Shown here: positions 1-12,009 of the stretch, in pieces
How positions within the stretch are numbered: the first letter of the stretch is position 1
How the letters are laid out: each line of letters begins with the position of its first letter
Assembly (NCBI GenBank): GCA_000697335.1
Contig: JNEM01008788.1
Coordinates: 1 to 48,033, forward strand
Origin: Conidiobolus incongruus B7586
Taxonomy: Eukaryota
Reading direction: 5' to 3'
Length of the DNA stretch: 48,033 bases
Program-made: the position numbers and the translations under genes
Notes under the pieces: generated by a model
What the model was told of the DNA's origin: nothing
Database searches by the model: none
Seen by the model: only the letters and a program-made list of their open reading frames with translations

Positions 1-2070
1 TTAATTATTATTTATTTTATATTTAATATTATCTTAGATATTAATTAAATATATATTTATAATATATTGATAATATATCGATGTTATTTATAATATTAAT
101 TAATATATGCAAGTCTTAAGTAAACATATTGATATATTATTAAGTTTTTATATTATATCAGATATATTAATAAATATAATTTTAAGACCCCAATATTTAT
201 ATATCTAAATAATTTATATTTTGAAATTAATGCAAATAATAAAAATATATGGTTAATAAAATCAAAATTAATTGTATTCATATTAAAATCTAATTAAAAC
301 ATTATTTAATAATTTATAATTATTGGAATTTCAAGAGAATATATAATATCACAATTCCATTTTATCATATTTAAACCATGATTATTATAATTCTTTCTAA
401 TTAAATCATTTAAAATATAATAAAAAAATATGAAGTATAAAGAATTTTGAATTATTTTTATAAATATATTTGTTATATATAATTTAACCAATAAAACTAA
501 TTTCTAAAACAAATTTTTATATATTTTGCATAATTTCATATAAGAAGGTTATGGTATGTTATTTAGGTTTCACTATATTGAACTCAACTGATTTGAAACA
601 TAACAAAAACAAGTTGATATTTTTATTGAGCTTTTCATTTTTGATAACATTAATTGATTGATTTTTGATTGAAAATTTATAGATATATCGTATGAATTTG
701 GAAAGAAAAGATCGCTCTAATATCAATATATATAATTTAGAATTAAAAATAACTTATACAATTTTTTTCAACATTTATTTCGTGTAAATTTTGACCATGA
801 ATCATGTGAAATATATATAAATAATGGTGTAATATTTTTGTAACAATATTATAATTAAAGGCCTTGAGTGGAATATGAAATTTGCAAATAACCATTAATA
901 GTAATAATAAATCTTATAAAAAGTTACTTTCGAATTTATACAAATGAATTTTAATTTAAAACACTATTATTTATTATTCAATTCTCAACAAATTTTATAA
1001 TATACAAAAATAATGAATCATATAATTAGGTTGGTTGAATTAGTGATCAGATTGATCATCTGATTTTTAAATTAATATCTACAAAATCTTAAAACATTTA
1101 ATAATATATACTAAATTTATTAAGTTTTATAACGACAAAGTGATGAATATTAAATAGATAGAAATATTCGGTGAATTTTCAATTAGGTTAATTAATACAT
1201 ATAATTATTTTAAAAATCTGTAATCAATTCAAAATGGTTAAAATTTTAAACTTTAAATTATTTGATTTGTTTATACTAGGATAATTCAAATTTATTAGGT
1301 ACCAATTAATTGACCAGGTGTTCTAGGAAAAAATTAAGATATGATGAAACGTTTGACACTTATATTAATCAATTTATATCTTTTTAACTTGGTATGTTTA
1401 GTTTTCATCTTTTATCTTTTAATTATAAAGAATAATTGATAAATTTCAATTGGTATTATCATGTGTTAGTAATATTGGAATTAACTTGGTTAATTGTGAA
1501 TACAGCAGGATTTCAACTGATGTAAAAGCTGATATTTATAATAATAATAATAATATATATTATTAGATATTAAATTTACAATTTTTAAAATTAAAAAAAA
1601 ATTTAAAATAAATAAATTTTTTAATTATATTATATAATCAATATTACAAAAAATTATTAAACTTTTTATATTTATATTAAATATTATAAATTTTAATAAA
1701 AAAATCTAATATAATCAAAATTTAATTCTCTTAATTTAATTGGTTAAAAATTTTTGATTTAAAAATTAATTTTTCTCCACATTTTGAATTTTAAGATGAG
1801 ATTAACATAATTAATATTTAGAAAGTGACCTCGTTGTGATAAACCTAGGATTCATTTTACTATTTGATGAGTTCATAAGTGGTTTTTAACTGTTGAAATA
1901 TTATTTGGTTAGGTATATAAATAAGTTGGATGGTTTCGATTTGGAAAGTTTTTAGTTTTGGTTGTTTTTTAAAACAGATATTTTTGAGTGTTTGTTTTTA
2001 CTTTCGTAATATTGATTGGTTTATAGATAATAGAATAATATTAGATAATTTGAGATAATATATCCAATCA

Positions 2071-4140
2071 ATGAGGCTAGATTCTCAATTCCCTTCCACC
2101 GATGTATTATTGTTAAGATTGAGAATTTATTTGAATAATTTGTTTCCTATTATTAGATGGCTGCCCCAGTACAAAGTGAGGCACTTGATCTATGATTTTG
2201 TCAGTAGTTTGACAGTAATTTCGGTGCTGATTCCCCAATGCTTGGTGTGTGCTCAGTTGGCTGGGGTACCTGTGGAATATGGGTTGAATACCAGTTTTAT
2301 GGGGTTAATTGTTTACACTTTTTTAGGATCTTTTCCACCTGTTCATATGGGACCCACTACTGTACTTGCACTGGTCGTTGGAAAAGTGGTTCTGGAAACT
2401 GCTAATGAAACTTATAATGCAATTACTGTTGCCACTACTCTCAGTTTTTACTCTGGCCTCATTATATTATTCTTAGGATTGAGTCAGCTGGGAACTTGGC
2501 TCGATCTCCTTCCTGATCCAATGGTAGTAGGATTCCTTACAGGATCAGGTTTGAATGTATTTGTTTCAATGTTACCAAACTTTTTTGGTGTTAAAATTCC
2601 TTCTGGTCAGCCATCCCCAGTGATAGTTTATTTGGTATTATCCAGATTGAATACAGCAAATTGGAGAGACGTTTTAGTTGGCGTATGTACTTTAATAATC
2701 ATTGGAGCTTTGAAAATAGTGAGTTGGGCAGGTGATAGATATAAGTGGAAACATCAACAATTATTGAAAATGTTAAAATTGTTAACCAATACTATAGTGA
2801 TTGTTTTGTGTACTTTTTTCGTTTATATTGCTCAATTGAACCAATCAGAGCCCATCATTTTAAATATTATTAAAAAGATCCCTCAAAAGGTGGTTACAGC
2901 AACTCCCAACCTAAATGCTGATTTAATTAATCGAATTGGTATTCGTCTGATTCCTTTAGTCTTGACCATGACTATTGAGCATATTGCACTAGTCCGAGGA
3001 TTGAGCAGGAAATTGAATGGCGTTCCAATCTCTTCAACTCAAGAAATGGTAGCTTTAGGAGCTTGTAATTTGTGTACAAGTTTTATAGGAGGATTCCCAT
3101 TTACTGCATCTACTAGCAAATCAGCTGTTCAGCTGGCTTCTGGAGTCAAATCTCCTCTCTCCAATATTATCACAGCATGCTTTGTATTAATGATTATTTA
3201 TCTGCTAACACCACTCCTTTATTACATTCCAATGGCCACATTATCAGGAATGATCATGTTTGCAATTGTATCAGTATTTGATACTCCAACTTTTTACAAA
3301 AATTTGTGGAAGTGTTCAAAATTTGATTTTTTTATCTTTTCAGGAACTTTTCTAGCTACTTTCTTTGGAGACGCAGAAATCGGTATTTTCGTGTCAATTG
3401 CTCTAGTGACAATTAAAGTGTTCTGGTCATTTAGCAGGCCTTACCTCGCTGTTCATCCTCCAACTCATTACGATAATACCAGTTCACCTATTCGCAAGCC
3501 AAGACCGACTATTAAATCTTCGAAGAAGGATGAAGTCCTCATCTTCCAGCCAAAAACAAATTGGATCTTTTTAAATGCTCAATGGTCTGGGGATAAGATT
3601 TTGGACTATATCCTTCAGCACACTCGAATTGATGAAGGATGTGATACCTACTCTCGTCAACTGTTCCAAAGGGCCTTGACATTAAAACGTTTGAAGCATT
3701 TGGGCAAAAATTGGGATGAGAGTCAGTTTCGTGTACTTAAGGGAGTAATTTTAGACTTTACATATGTTCAAATGATTGATTATACAGGCATTCGAAGGCT
3801 ATATGATCTCAAACACCAGTTGAATTATCTTCATCCGGGTACTCCAGTTATCATGCATTTTGCCCACGTGAACCCGAAAGTGCTCCTACCACTAATGCAT
3901 AGTGGACTGATCGAACTGGATAAAATGGACAGCTCTACAATCAATTTTGGATCAATAGCATCTAATATCTATCAACAATTCGACTCTTACAATTCCGAAC
4001 CAACTCCGGCCAATAAGTATTCATCTCGAGGCAGTTTAGTGCACAAGGACGTAACTACAGCTTTGGAGAATTTATTCCAACCTATTCGCGAGGAGGAAAC
4101 TTCGAACAAAAGTTTGAAAGGTCAAATTTATCCCATTTAA
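2071..4140 (+). CDS. SulP/SLC26-family anion (sulfate-like) transporter with C-terminal STAS domain, paralogue 1 (689 aa, intronless, divergent)
   Basis: ORF has the SulP N-terminal pattern (FPIIRWLPQY...DFVSSLTV...IPQ...LAGVPVEYGL...GPT), QEMVALGACN, SGVKSPLS and YYIPMATLS, many hydrophobic segments, and a STAS-type VILDFTYVQMIDYTG. Confidence 0.9.
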   Translation: MRLDSQFPSTDVLLLRLRIYLNNLFPIIRWLPQYKVRHLIYDFVSSLTVISVLIPQCLVCAQLAGVPVEYGLNTSFMGLIVYTFLGSFPPVHMGPTTVLALVVGKVVLETANETYNAITVATTLSFYSGLIILFLGLSQLGTWLDLLPDPMVVGFLTGSGLNVFVSMLPNFFGVKIPSGQPSPVIVYLVLSRLNTANWRDVLVGVCTLIIIGALKIVSWAGDRYKWKHQQLLKMLKLLTNTIVIVLCTFFVYIAQLNQSEPIILNIIKKIPQKVVTATPNLNADLINRIGIRLIPLVLTMTIEHIALVRGLSRKLNGVPISSTQEMVALGACNLCTSFIGGFPFTASTSKSAVQLASGVKSPLSNIITACFVLMIIYLLTPLLYYIPMATLSGMIMFAIVSVFDTPTFYKNLWKCSKFDFFIFSGTFLATFFGDAEIGIFVSIALVTIKVFWSFSRPYLAVHPPTHYDNTSSPIRKPRPTIKSSKKDEVLIFQPKTNWIFLNAQWSGDKILDYILQHTRIDEGCDTYSRQLFQRALTLKRLKHLGKNWDESQFRVLKGVILDFTYVQMIDYTGIRRLYDLKHQLNYLHPGTPVIMHFAHVNPKVLLPLMHSGLIELDKMDSSTINFGSIASNIYQQFDSYNSEPTPANKYSSRGSLVHKDVTTALENLFQPIREEETSNKSLKGQIYPI

Positions 4141-6340
4141 AAAATTTTTTCAAATTAATCTCGCCAATATGTCATAATTTTCTTATTTTTGATTTTCGTT
4201 AATATTAATATCCATTATCAATATCAATTAATCACTAATAATAAACATTATATATTAATTAATATATAAACATGTTTTAAAAAGTTAGTAATATATTATT
4301 CATTAAAAAATTTCCTATATATATAATTGAATGTATGTAATTTATAATTAAAATCCTAATACTATCATTGTTTGTCAAATTGACACTAATTTTGATATCA
4401 ATCCTTCAAAAATACTTAATATACCATTATTAGTCAAATTTTAATCAACCAAGTGAATATTTTTAACTAATCAAAATAAATACAACTATCCCATTTCATT
4501 CGTTATATAAATTGATATTGATTTTAATAATCAATGACTATATTAATATAGATTGACTGAAATATTTAAAATTTATACTCTTATAAAATCTTTTTGAAAT
4601 ATTGACTTTAAATCTAAAATATGATATTCAATATTATTATAAACCAAATCAGATATTTGTTAAATTATTAAAATTAAATATGGGTTATTATTAAAGTTAT
4701 TATGTTAATTATTAAAATAAATCTATAATTGAAAAAGAGATATTCATTAATGTTACATATTAAAATATGTAACATTTTATATTCAAAGTATCAATTAAGA
4801 TTATCATTAAATATAATTAAGTTAAATGTAAATGATTTGATTTGGCATTGATTAAAATCAAATTGACATGCAAAATTAAATTCAATCTAATCCAAACATT
4901 GTGATTTCGTTGTTAGGATTATCCTTTAATATATAATATAAATTCATTTTAATATATAAACCATATTACTTGCAGTTGAAATATATGCATAATATCTACT
5001 CGTATTAAACCATTTGATTAATATTCAAAGTGATGATATACATATATATATTTGAAAAGAGAACAATGAAAATTAATTAAAATTTTAGATGCTATTTTTA
5101 GGCTATTATACTAAATTGAAATAATGATGTAAATATTGATCCATCAACTCTATTAATACTTCTGAAAAAATACAAAATTGAAAAATTATTTTAATTTCCA
5201 TTAAATGTTGGTTGAAAAGTAACATTAGTATTGATAATATGCTATAGATTGATTACTGTAAAATTCTTTGAAATTGTAAATTATATAAGGAATAAAATAT
5301 AGAAATTCTAATTTAAAAATAATAACCCCGATAAAAATAAAATATATTTATTGTTTTATTTATATTTACAAATATATATCGATTTGTCAAAATAAAAATA
5401 AAAATTACAAAATTTTAAAACTTTTTAATTGGATTTGAATGGAACGAATGTGACTATCATTCAGACAATGGGTCAATGGAGTTTATAGCCTCTAGTTTAA
5501 TTATATCGATTGAGTATTATATTAATTTTGATATATTAAAAATATCAAGTTGGCAATTAAAATCATTACAAGCATAATCAATCTGAAAATTATCAAACTT
5601 TCAATCTTACCGAATTAACCAAACTTCACCAAGATTATCACTCTATTTACTATATGAAAGTGGATTAGTGGTCTTCAATTAAAATCAGTCTGCAACTATA
5701 ATTTTTAATCTCAATTATTTATATAATTAATTGCTGCGAAATACTAGTTTTCACCAATGTAATATCAATATTTGAAACATTAAAAGTTATCAAATTGATT
5801 ATGGATATTACTCAGTTGGTTAATGGATCTCTCCTTATTGTATGTCATAAGAGAAAAATTACCAGTATTGGTGATTTTCCTATTCATTTGGGGAATCGAA
5901 TTCAGGGATAATGTTTATTTAATCATTACTCTATGATCAAAACTTATTAAATCATAATGTTAACGATTCAATTCATTTGATGATTAAATATATTAAAGTC
6001 TTTATTTTCCTACCCTTCTCAGTTATAGTATACAATATTTAATATATAAGAAATATAATAAATAATCAAAATGATACCATTTTTTCCAACTAAACCATGT
6101 ATTACAAAAAATATCTCAATTTAAGTTTAACAATTTTATCAATTTATTGACCCTCCTCCCAATTCTAATTAACCCAATTTATCAAAATTATTAATATTGG
6201 ATTCAAATTTCAAAAAATACAGTTTTATTTTTATTAACCATGTGGGGAATTAGCAAACATTATAGAATTTTGAGATAATATAAATTAAATATCAAGTCAC
6301 AATACAATGATACTAATCACAATAGTGACCTTTGGATAAA

Positions 6341-8419
6341 ATGGTAGCGAATACTTCGCCACTGAACAATTGGAAGAAAGAGTTTAAAATTGACAAAAGG
6401 CAATTAAAAGTTGCTGTCAGGGATTATTTTCAGAGTTTTTTACCCATTTTAACATGGATTTGGACTTATCCCCCGAAATGGTTGATTAACGATTTTATTT
6501 CCGGATTGACCGTGAGTTTGGTCTCGATTCCTCAAGCATTGGCTTATGCTACCTTGGCTCAGGTGCCTATGCAATATGGTTTGACTGCCTGCTTTATGCC
6601 TCTGTTCATTTATACTTTGACGGGTACTAGTCGTGAACTAAGTGTTGGACCTACTGCTATCGTCGCTCTAACAACAGGTAAAATTGTCTTGGAACTGGCT
6701 CATCATAATTATGGTGCAATTGAAGTAGCTAGTGCTCTCTCGTTTTGGTGTGGGATCATCATTACAGCTTTGGGTATAACACGATTGGGTAAGATCTTGG
6801 ATCTAATTCCTGATCCGGTTATTATTGGGTTTATTAATGGTGCTGCTTTGAATATTGCTGCTACTCAGTTACCCAAGTTGTTAGGATTAGCAGTGTCTAC
6901 CAATCAGTCCTCCTTAATGATCGTGGTGAATATGTTCCAAAATATTCGATCAACTTGGATACTAGACTTTGCTATTGGGTTGAGTAGTATTGTATTTCTA
7001 TTGATTATAAAATATGGTGTTATGTATGGAAGGAAAAAGTATGAAAATCTCAAGTATCTTGGATTTGCTGCTAATGGCTTAGCTGTATTGATTTTCACTT
7101 TAATCGTTTATGGCGTTAAATCTGCCAATCCAAATGCCAAGGTTCATATTGTAGGTAATATTCCTAACGAACTAAAGGCAGCATTGCCTAACTTAAATAT
7201 AAGGATTCTGAGCTTAGCAGGAGCTGAAATGGCGCCTCTAATTCTAGTCATTGTTTTGGAACATGTTGCACTGGTGAAAGGCCTGTCCAAAAAATTTGGT
7301 TATGTGAGTAATTCGTCTCAAGAATTGGTCGCTTTGGGAGGAGGCAATTTACTCAATGGCTTTTTCCTTGGAATTCCTGTAACCGGAAGTTTAAGTAGAA
7401 CAAGTATTCAATCACAGGCAGGTGCTCAATCTCCTTTGGCCAATATTGTTGCTGGTGCGATTATTTTAATTGCTTATAAATTCTTAACGTTCTTGTTTTA
7501 CTATTTGCCTTCTGCTACTTTGGCTGCAATGGTTATTTTAGCGGTACTTAATTTATTAGAAGGTTACCATATGTATAAATATTTACTTTTATGCTGTCCT
7601 TCTGATTTGATAATCTTCGTTTCTGCTGTGGTGGTGACTATTTTCTCAAGTACAGAAATGGGTATTCTGGTCAGTATCATTTTATCGGTGTTGAAGTTGA
7701 TGTATTACTTGACTCGACCATATTTAACAATTACAAGTGGCCAAGATCACATTGATTTCCCCACCGATAAGAGATATCCATCTGTAATGAATGAAGACCA
7801 TGGTGTCATGATTTTCCAGCCACTTACTAGCGTGATATTCTTAAATGCCGAATCTCTAGCTGATCGTATGTTGGATTATGCTCTATTGAATTGCAAACCA
7901 CCTCAAAAAACGGATCAAGAGAGGAAGATTTGGTCCATGGATCTTGCTGAAAAGGGTAAAAAACTAAGAAATGATGCAGGAATGTCTCCTTCAGATGAAG
8001 AAGACCTCTTCCCATTGCGAGGTGTAATACTCGATTTCCTTCATGTTCAATACTTGGATTATACAGCAATTAAAGTTCTCGTGGATTTGAGATCTGCTCT
8101 TCAGCATATATATACTCCACCTGATAGAGATCCCTCCAATGCCAAATTACCATTCCATTTCGTCCATATTCACCCTCATATATTACCTCAATTAGTTCAT
8201 GGAGGACTATTGGATTTGGAAGAGGATATCAAGAACGGAACGACCAAGAAGGAGAGTATTGTAGTCAATGATGAAGAGGATGATTTGATGGTTGAGCACA
8301 ATGGACTTACAGTCAGAAGTACACATCTTCACCATACAGTTGAAAATGCTCTACAAGATTTATTCCATACTTACTCTGGTGATGATCATACCCGTAATCA
8401 TTCTAGCTTCATAGTGTAA
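6341..8419 (+). CDS. SulP/SLC26-family anion transporter with STAS domain, paralogue 2 (692 aa, intronless)
   Basis: DFISGLTVSLVSIPQALAYATLA, GTSRELSVGPTA, QELVALGGGN, TGSLSRTS and STAS VILDFLHVQYLDYTA. The ORF track starts at a TTG (6332); the first ATG is at 6341 and matches the start of paralogue 3 (MVANTSPLNNWK). Confidence 0.92.
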   Translation: MVANTSPLNNWKKEFKIDKRQLKVAVRDYFQSFLPILTWIWTYPPKWLINDFISGLTVSLVSIPQALAYATLAQVPMQYGLTACFMPLFIYTLTGTSRELSVGPTAIVALTTGKIVLELAHHNYGAIEVASALSFWCGIIITALGITRLGKILDLIPDPVIIGFINGAALNIAATQLPKLLGLAVSTNQSSLMIVVNMFQNIRSTWILDFAIGLSSIVFLLIIKYGVMYGRKKYENLKYLGFAANGLAVLIFTLIVYGVKSANPNAKVHIVGNIPNELKAALPNLNIRILSLAGAEMAPLILVIVLEHVALVKGLSKKFGYVSNSSQELVALGGGNLLNGFFLGIPVTGSLSRTSIQSQAGAQSPLANIVAGAIILIAYKFLTFLFYYLPSATLAAMVILAVLNLLEGYHMYKYLLLCCPSDLIIFVSAVVVTIFSSTEMGILVSIILSVLKLMYYLTRPYLTITSGQDHIDFPTDKRYPSVMNEDHGVMIFQPLTSVIFLNAESLADRMLDYALLNCKPPQKTDQERKIWSMDLAEKGKKLRNDAGMSPSDEEDLFPLRGVILDFLHVQYLDYTAIKVLVDLRSALQHIYTPPDRDPSNAKLPFHFVHIHPHILPQLVHGGLLDLEEDIKNGTTKKESIVVNDEEDDLMVEHNGLTVRSTHLHHTVENALQDLFHTYSGDDHTRNHSSFIV
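7861..8368. repeat. Left arm of a perfect 508-bp inverted repeat (partner 12061-12568), inside SulP paralogue 2
   Basis: Line-by-line comparison with the reverse complement of 12061-12568 showed no mismatch, from TGATCGTATG to TTATTCCAT. Confidence 0.9.
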
Positions 8420-9989
8420 ATTTATTAATCTTTATAATTATAATTGAAAACTATTGTGTATTTAGTAATAATTATTTAATTAATGTTTTTTAATAAAAAA
8501 TATTTTTTAATGTGAAAAAAAATTGAAAATTTTATTATTACAATATTATATTATTAGTCACTCTACAAAATATGAAATATTATGAATTATATTGAAAACT
8601 TAATATTTATAAAAATTAATAATGATAATTTAGATATATATAATTAATTATAATTTTTAACTAATATTTTGTCATTTTTAATTCCCATATTTTATTCAAT
8701 TTTTTGATATCAAAATTGAACCTCAATAAACTACCATTAAAAGCAAAACATTTAGAATAAACATAAACATTTATCTGAGAAATAAGCAATATTGCTTCGA
8801 ATAGATTAATATATTTCAAAGAGTACAATAAAAAGATTGAAATATAATAAAAATATAAACTTTTGATAATATATTTAATATTGAATATTTTTTAACTCTG
8901 AATTATAAATAATTTTTTGGTATTAATTAATTTTTTAAAATTTATAAAATTCTTACAATGCTTAATAAAATCTATCACAAGTAATACATCTTATGTTTGG
9001 TTATTCGAATTAAATGAAACTCATTTTAATAAATGACCTATTTTATCTAAATAAATTTATATTCATTAATAAAATTTTCTATTCAAAAACTGATTGAAAT
9101 AATATTATATACAATTACAAAATTTATAAAATGGGTATTGTTATATAATTTTTACTTATCATATCATAGACAATAATTTAAATATTGCATGCTTATAACT
9201 GACTATAATAATTGAAGAAAAAATAACATTTTAAAAAGAAAATATAAAGCTAAAAATATTTTAGTTAGATATATACTGGTGAATATGTTAAAAAATTAAT
9301 TTCTATGTAACTTGATAATAAAATAATTCACAATTAATCTTAAATTATGCTTAATTATGAATATTTGCATATTGGAATATACGTTCAGTGTCTCATTTTA
9401 AAATTATTACTTGAAATTAATGAAATACATATTAAAATTATTCGTTCTATTTGAATTCTTATCATTATTATGAATAACCGTTTATAAATTATAGTGCAAA
9501 TCTATTATTATATTTAAATAATATCTTAAATAGGTAAAAATTAATCCTCCAATAAAGGATTGGATTGGGATATTAACAAGATATTATGACCAATATCACT
9601 CAAGTATATATGGTCAAATTCACAATGCTTTAATTTGTATAAGTACTCTAAATTAGTAAACCTTAGTTTATAAATATAATTTTATTTAAATTTGGTGTTG
9701 ATAAAATAATTAAACTGTTCGATTAAATTGAGATATTCACAAAAATATAATTGATTAAAAATGAAAATTACTAATCCCACAATTTGAAATAGAATAAATT
9801 AGATTAAAAGGGACGATTTTAAAAATTTGTAAAAATTACAAAATATCAAATTCAGGCAAAAATTAATATTATCAATCGATTGTATTAAAAATATCAAAGA
9901 TTTGTCTATTAAATAATCAATTTATTTAAGCCTAATTTTAAAATAAATTTGTATTTGTGATTAGATTATATTCATAGAATATTTTAGAA

Positions 9990-11510
9990 ATGGTATGTAT
10001 ATTTAGAAAATATACGGATGATTCTATTTTTTATATTCCTTAAATTCAGATCACTTACTCTAAGTATTTTTAGACCAGTTTTATCTTATACGAAACCAGT
10101 TCCGGCTACGCTTTATTTGAGCGTATCCAAGCCGAAGTTGTTGGTATGGATTTAGACTCCGTTCAACAATCCATTTTAGATCTCGCCAAATTCGGTAAAA
10201 TGATCAAGCTCAAGTCTTTCCTCCCCTTCAAAACTGCTTTAGAAGCCTTGGAAAATGCTAACGATATTTCCGAAGGTATCTGTAACCCCACTTTGAAATC
10301 CTTTTTGGAATTGAATATTCCCAGCACTAAGGGCGTTGAATTGGGCGTCGGTGAAAAGAATTTAGCTGGTTCTATTAAGGCCGATTTGGGTATAAAGTGT
10401 GTTAATGACGATACTGTCGCCGAAATCATCAGGGGTATCAGACACCACGGTGAAAAGTTACTCAAGCAACTCAGTGATAGCGATCTTATCAAATCACAAT
10501 TGGGTTTAGGTCACAGTTACTCCCGTGCTAAGGTCAAGTTCAACGTCCACCGTTCTGACAATATGATTATCCAAGCTATCTCCCTCTTAGATCAACTCGA
10601 CAAAGATATCAACACCTTCTCCATGCGTGTTCGCGAATGGTACTCTTGGCACTTTCCTGAACTCGCCAACATTGTCAAGGACAACGGCGAATTTGCCCAG
10701 TTGGCCAAAGTCATTGGTAACAAATCCAAATTGACTGCTGAAGACTTAGACAAATTGACTGAAATCACCAACGATGAAGCCAAGTCCAAGCAAATCCTGG
10801 ACGCTGCTCGTGCCTCCATGGGTACTGATATCTCTGAAATTGATCTTCTCAACATTGAAACCTTCGCTGTTCGTGTCATTGACTTAGTCAACTACCGCAA
10901 GAACTTGTCCAACTATCTCTCCAGCAAGATGAACCACGTTGCTCCTAACTTGGCTGCTTTGATTGGTGACACCGTTGGTGCCCGTCTCATTGCCCACGCC
11001 GGTTCTTTGACCAATCTCTCCAAATACCCTGCCTCCACTGTCCAAATTCTCGGTGCTGAAAAGGCTCTCTTCCGTGCCCTCAAGACTCGTGGTAACACTC
11101 CCAAATATGGTCTCATCTATCACTCCTCCTTCATTGGCAGAGCTGGTCAAAAGAACAAAGGCCGTATCTCCAGATTCTTGGCCAACAAATGTTCCATGGC
11201 TTCTCGTTTAGACTGTTTCTTAGATACTCCCACCAGCAAGTTTGGTGATGCTCTCAAGAAGCAAGTTGAAAACAGATTGGAATTCTATGAATCAGGTGTC
11301 ACTCCCCTCAAGAACGAAGCCACCATGGAAGAAGCTTTGAAGGACTACGAAAAAGAAGCCGGTGAAGAAGCCGCTCCAGTCGCCAACGGCAAGCGCGCTG
11401 CTGATGAAGACAAGCCAGCTGCCACTCCCGAAAAGAAGGTCAAGAAGGAAAAGAAGGAAAAGAAGGAAAAGAAAGAGAAGAAGGCCAAGAAGAGCAAATC
11501 AGAAAAATAA
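9990..11510 (+). CDS. NOP56: Box C/D snoRNP core protein Nop56; exons 9990-9992 (ATG only) and 10074-11510
   Basis: Nop56-diagnostic [49 protein letters not shown] and [10 protein letters not shown], plus a KKE tail. ATG|GTATGT...TTTTAG| gives an in-frame N-terminus [16 protein letters not shown]. Codon usage is C-ending-biased, as in highly expressed genes. Confidence 0.95.
11442..11483 (+). repeat. Coding 9-mer repeat (AAGAAGGAA)n encoding the KKE tail of Nop56
   Basis: Three perfect AAGAAGGAA units followed by degenerate units; KKE/D tails are typical of Nop56/Nop58. Confidence 0.85.
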
Positions 11511-12009
11511 TTTACGATAGAATTACTTACCCTTAATATTATCCATATGCAAACATTATTTGTTATTATTTGATCTCACCCTTCCTATAGTTATATTATG
11601 AGTTTTATTTTTAGATTTTACATAAAATATTTAAAATTATAAATACTTGATTATCCATTATTATTAAAATGAATATTTACATTATATCATTGATTAATAT
11701 ATGGCATTGTAAATTGAAAAGACCATTTTAATACCCCAACAAGCTACTTATATTGAATTTATTAAATTTAATTTTGCATGTAAATTTGTTCCATATTAAT
11801 GATTAACTGAATCATTTACATTCAAATGAATTAAAATTTGATGAAAATCTTATATGCATTTTAATACCCAATTCTACTTATATTACATTATATTTGAAAT
11901 TCGAGTACTTTATTAATTTTAATGCATTAATATTAAAACATATTAAAACCTATTAAAATATTATATTAAATATAAAATATTTTTATAGACAATATAAATA
12001 TTCAATATT

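Noticed and set aside
306..491. 61-aa Ile/Asn/Tyr-rich ORF, and similar ones at 17050, 19391, 28703, 34582 and 46525
   Set aside because: Composition is what random very AT-rich DNA gives; most start at non-ATG codons and none has a recognisable motif.
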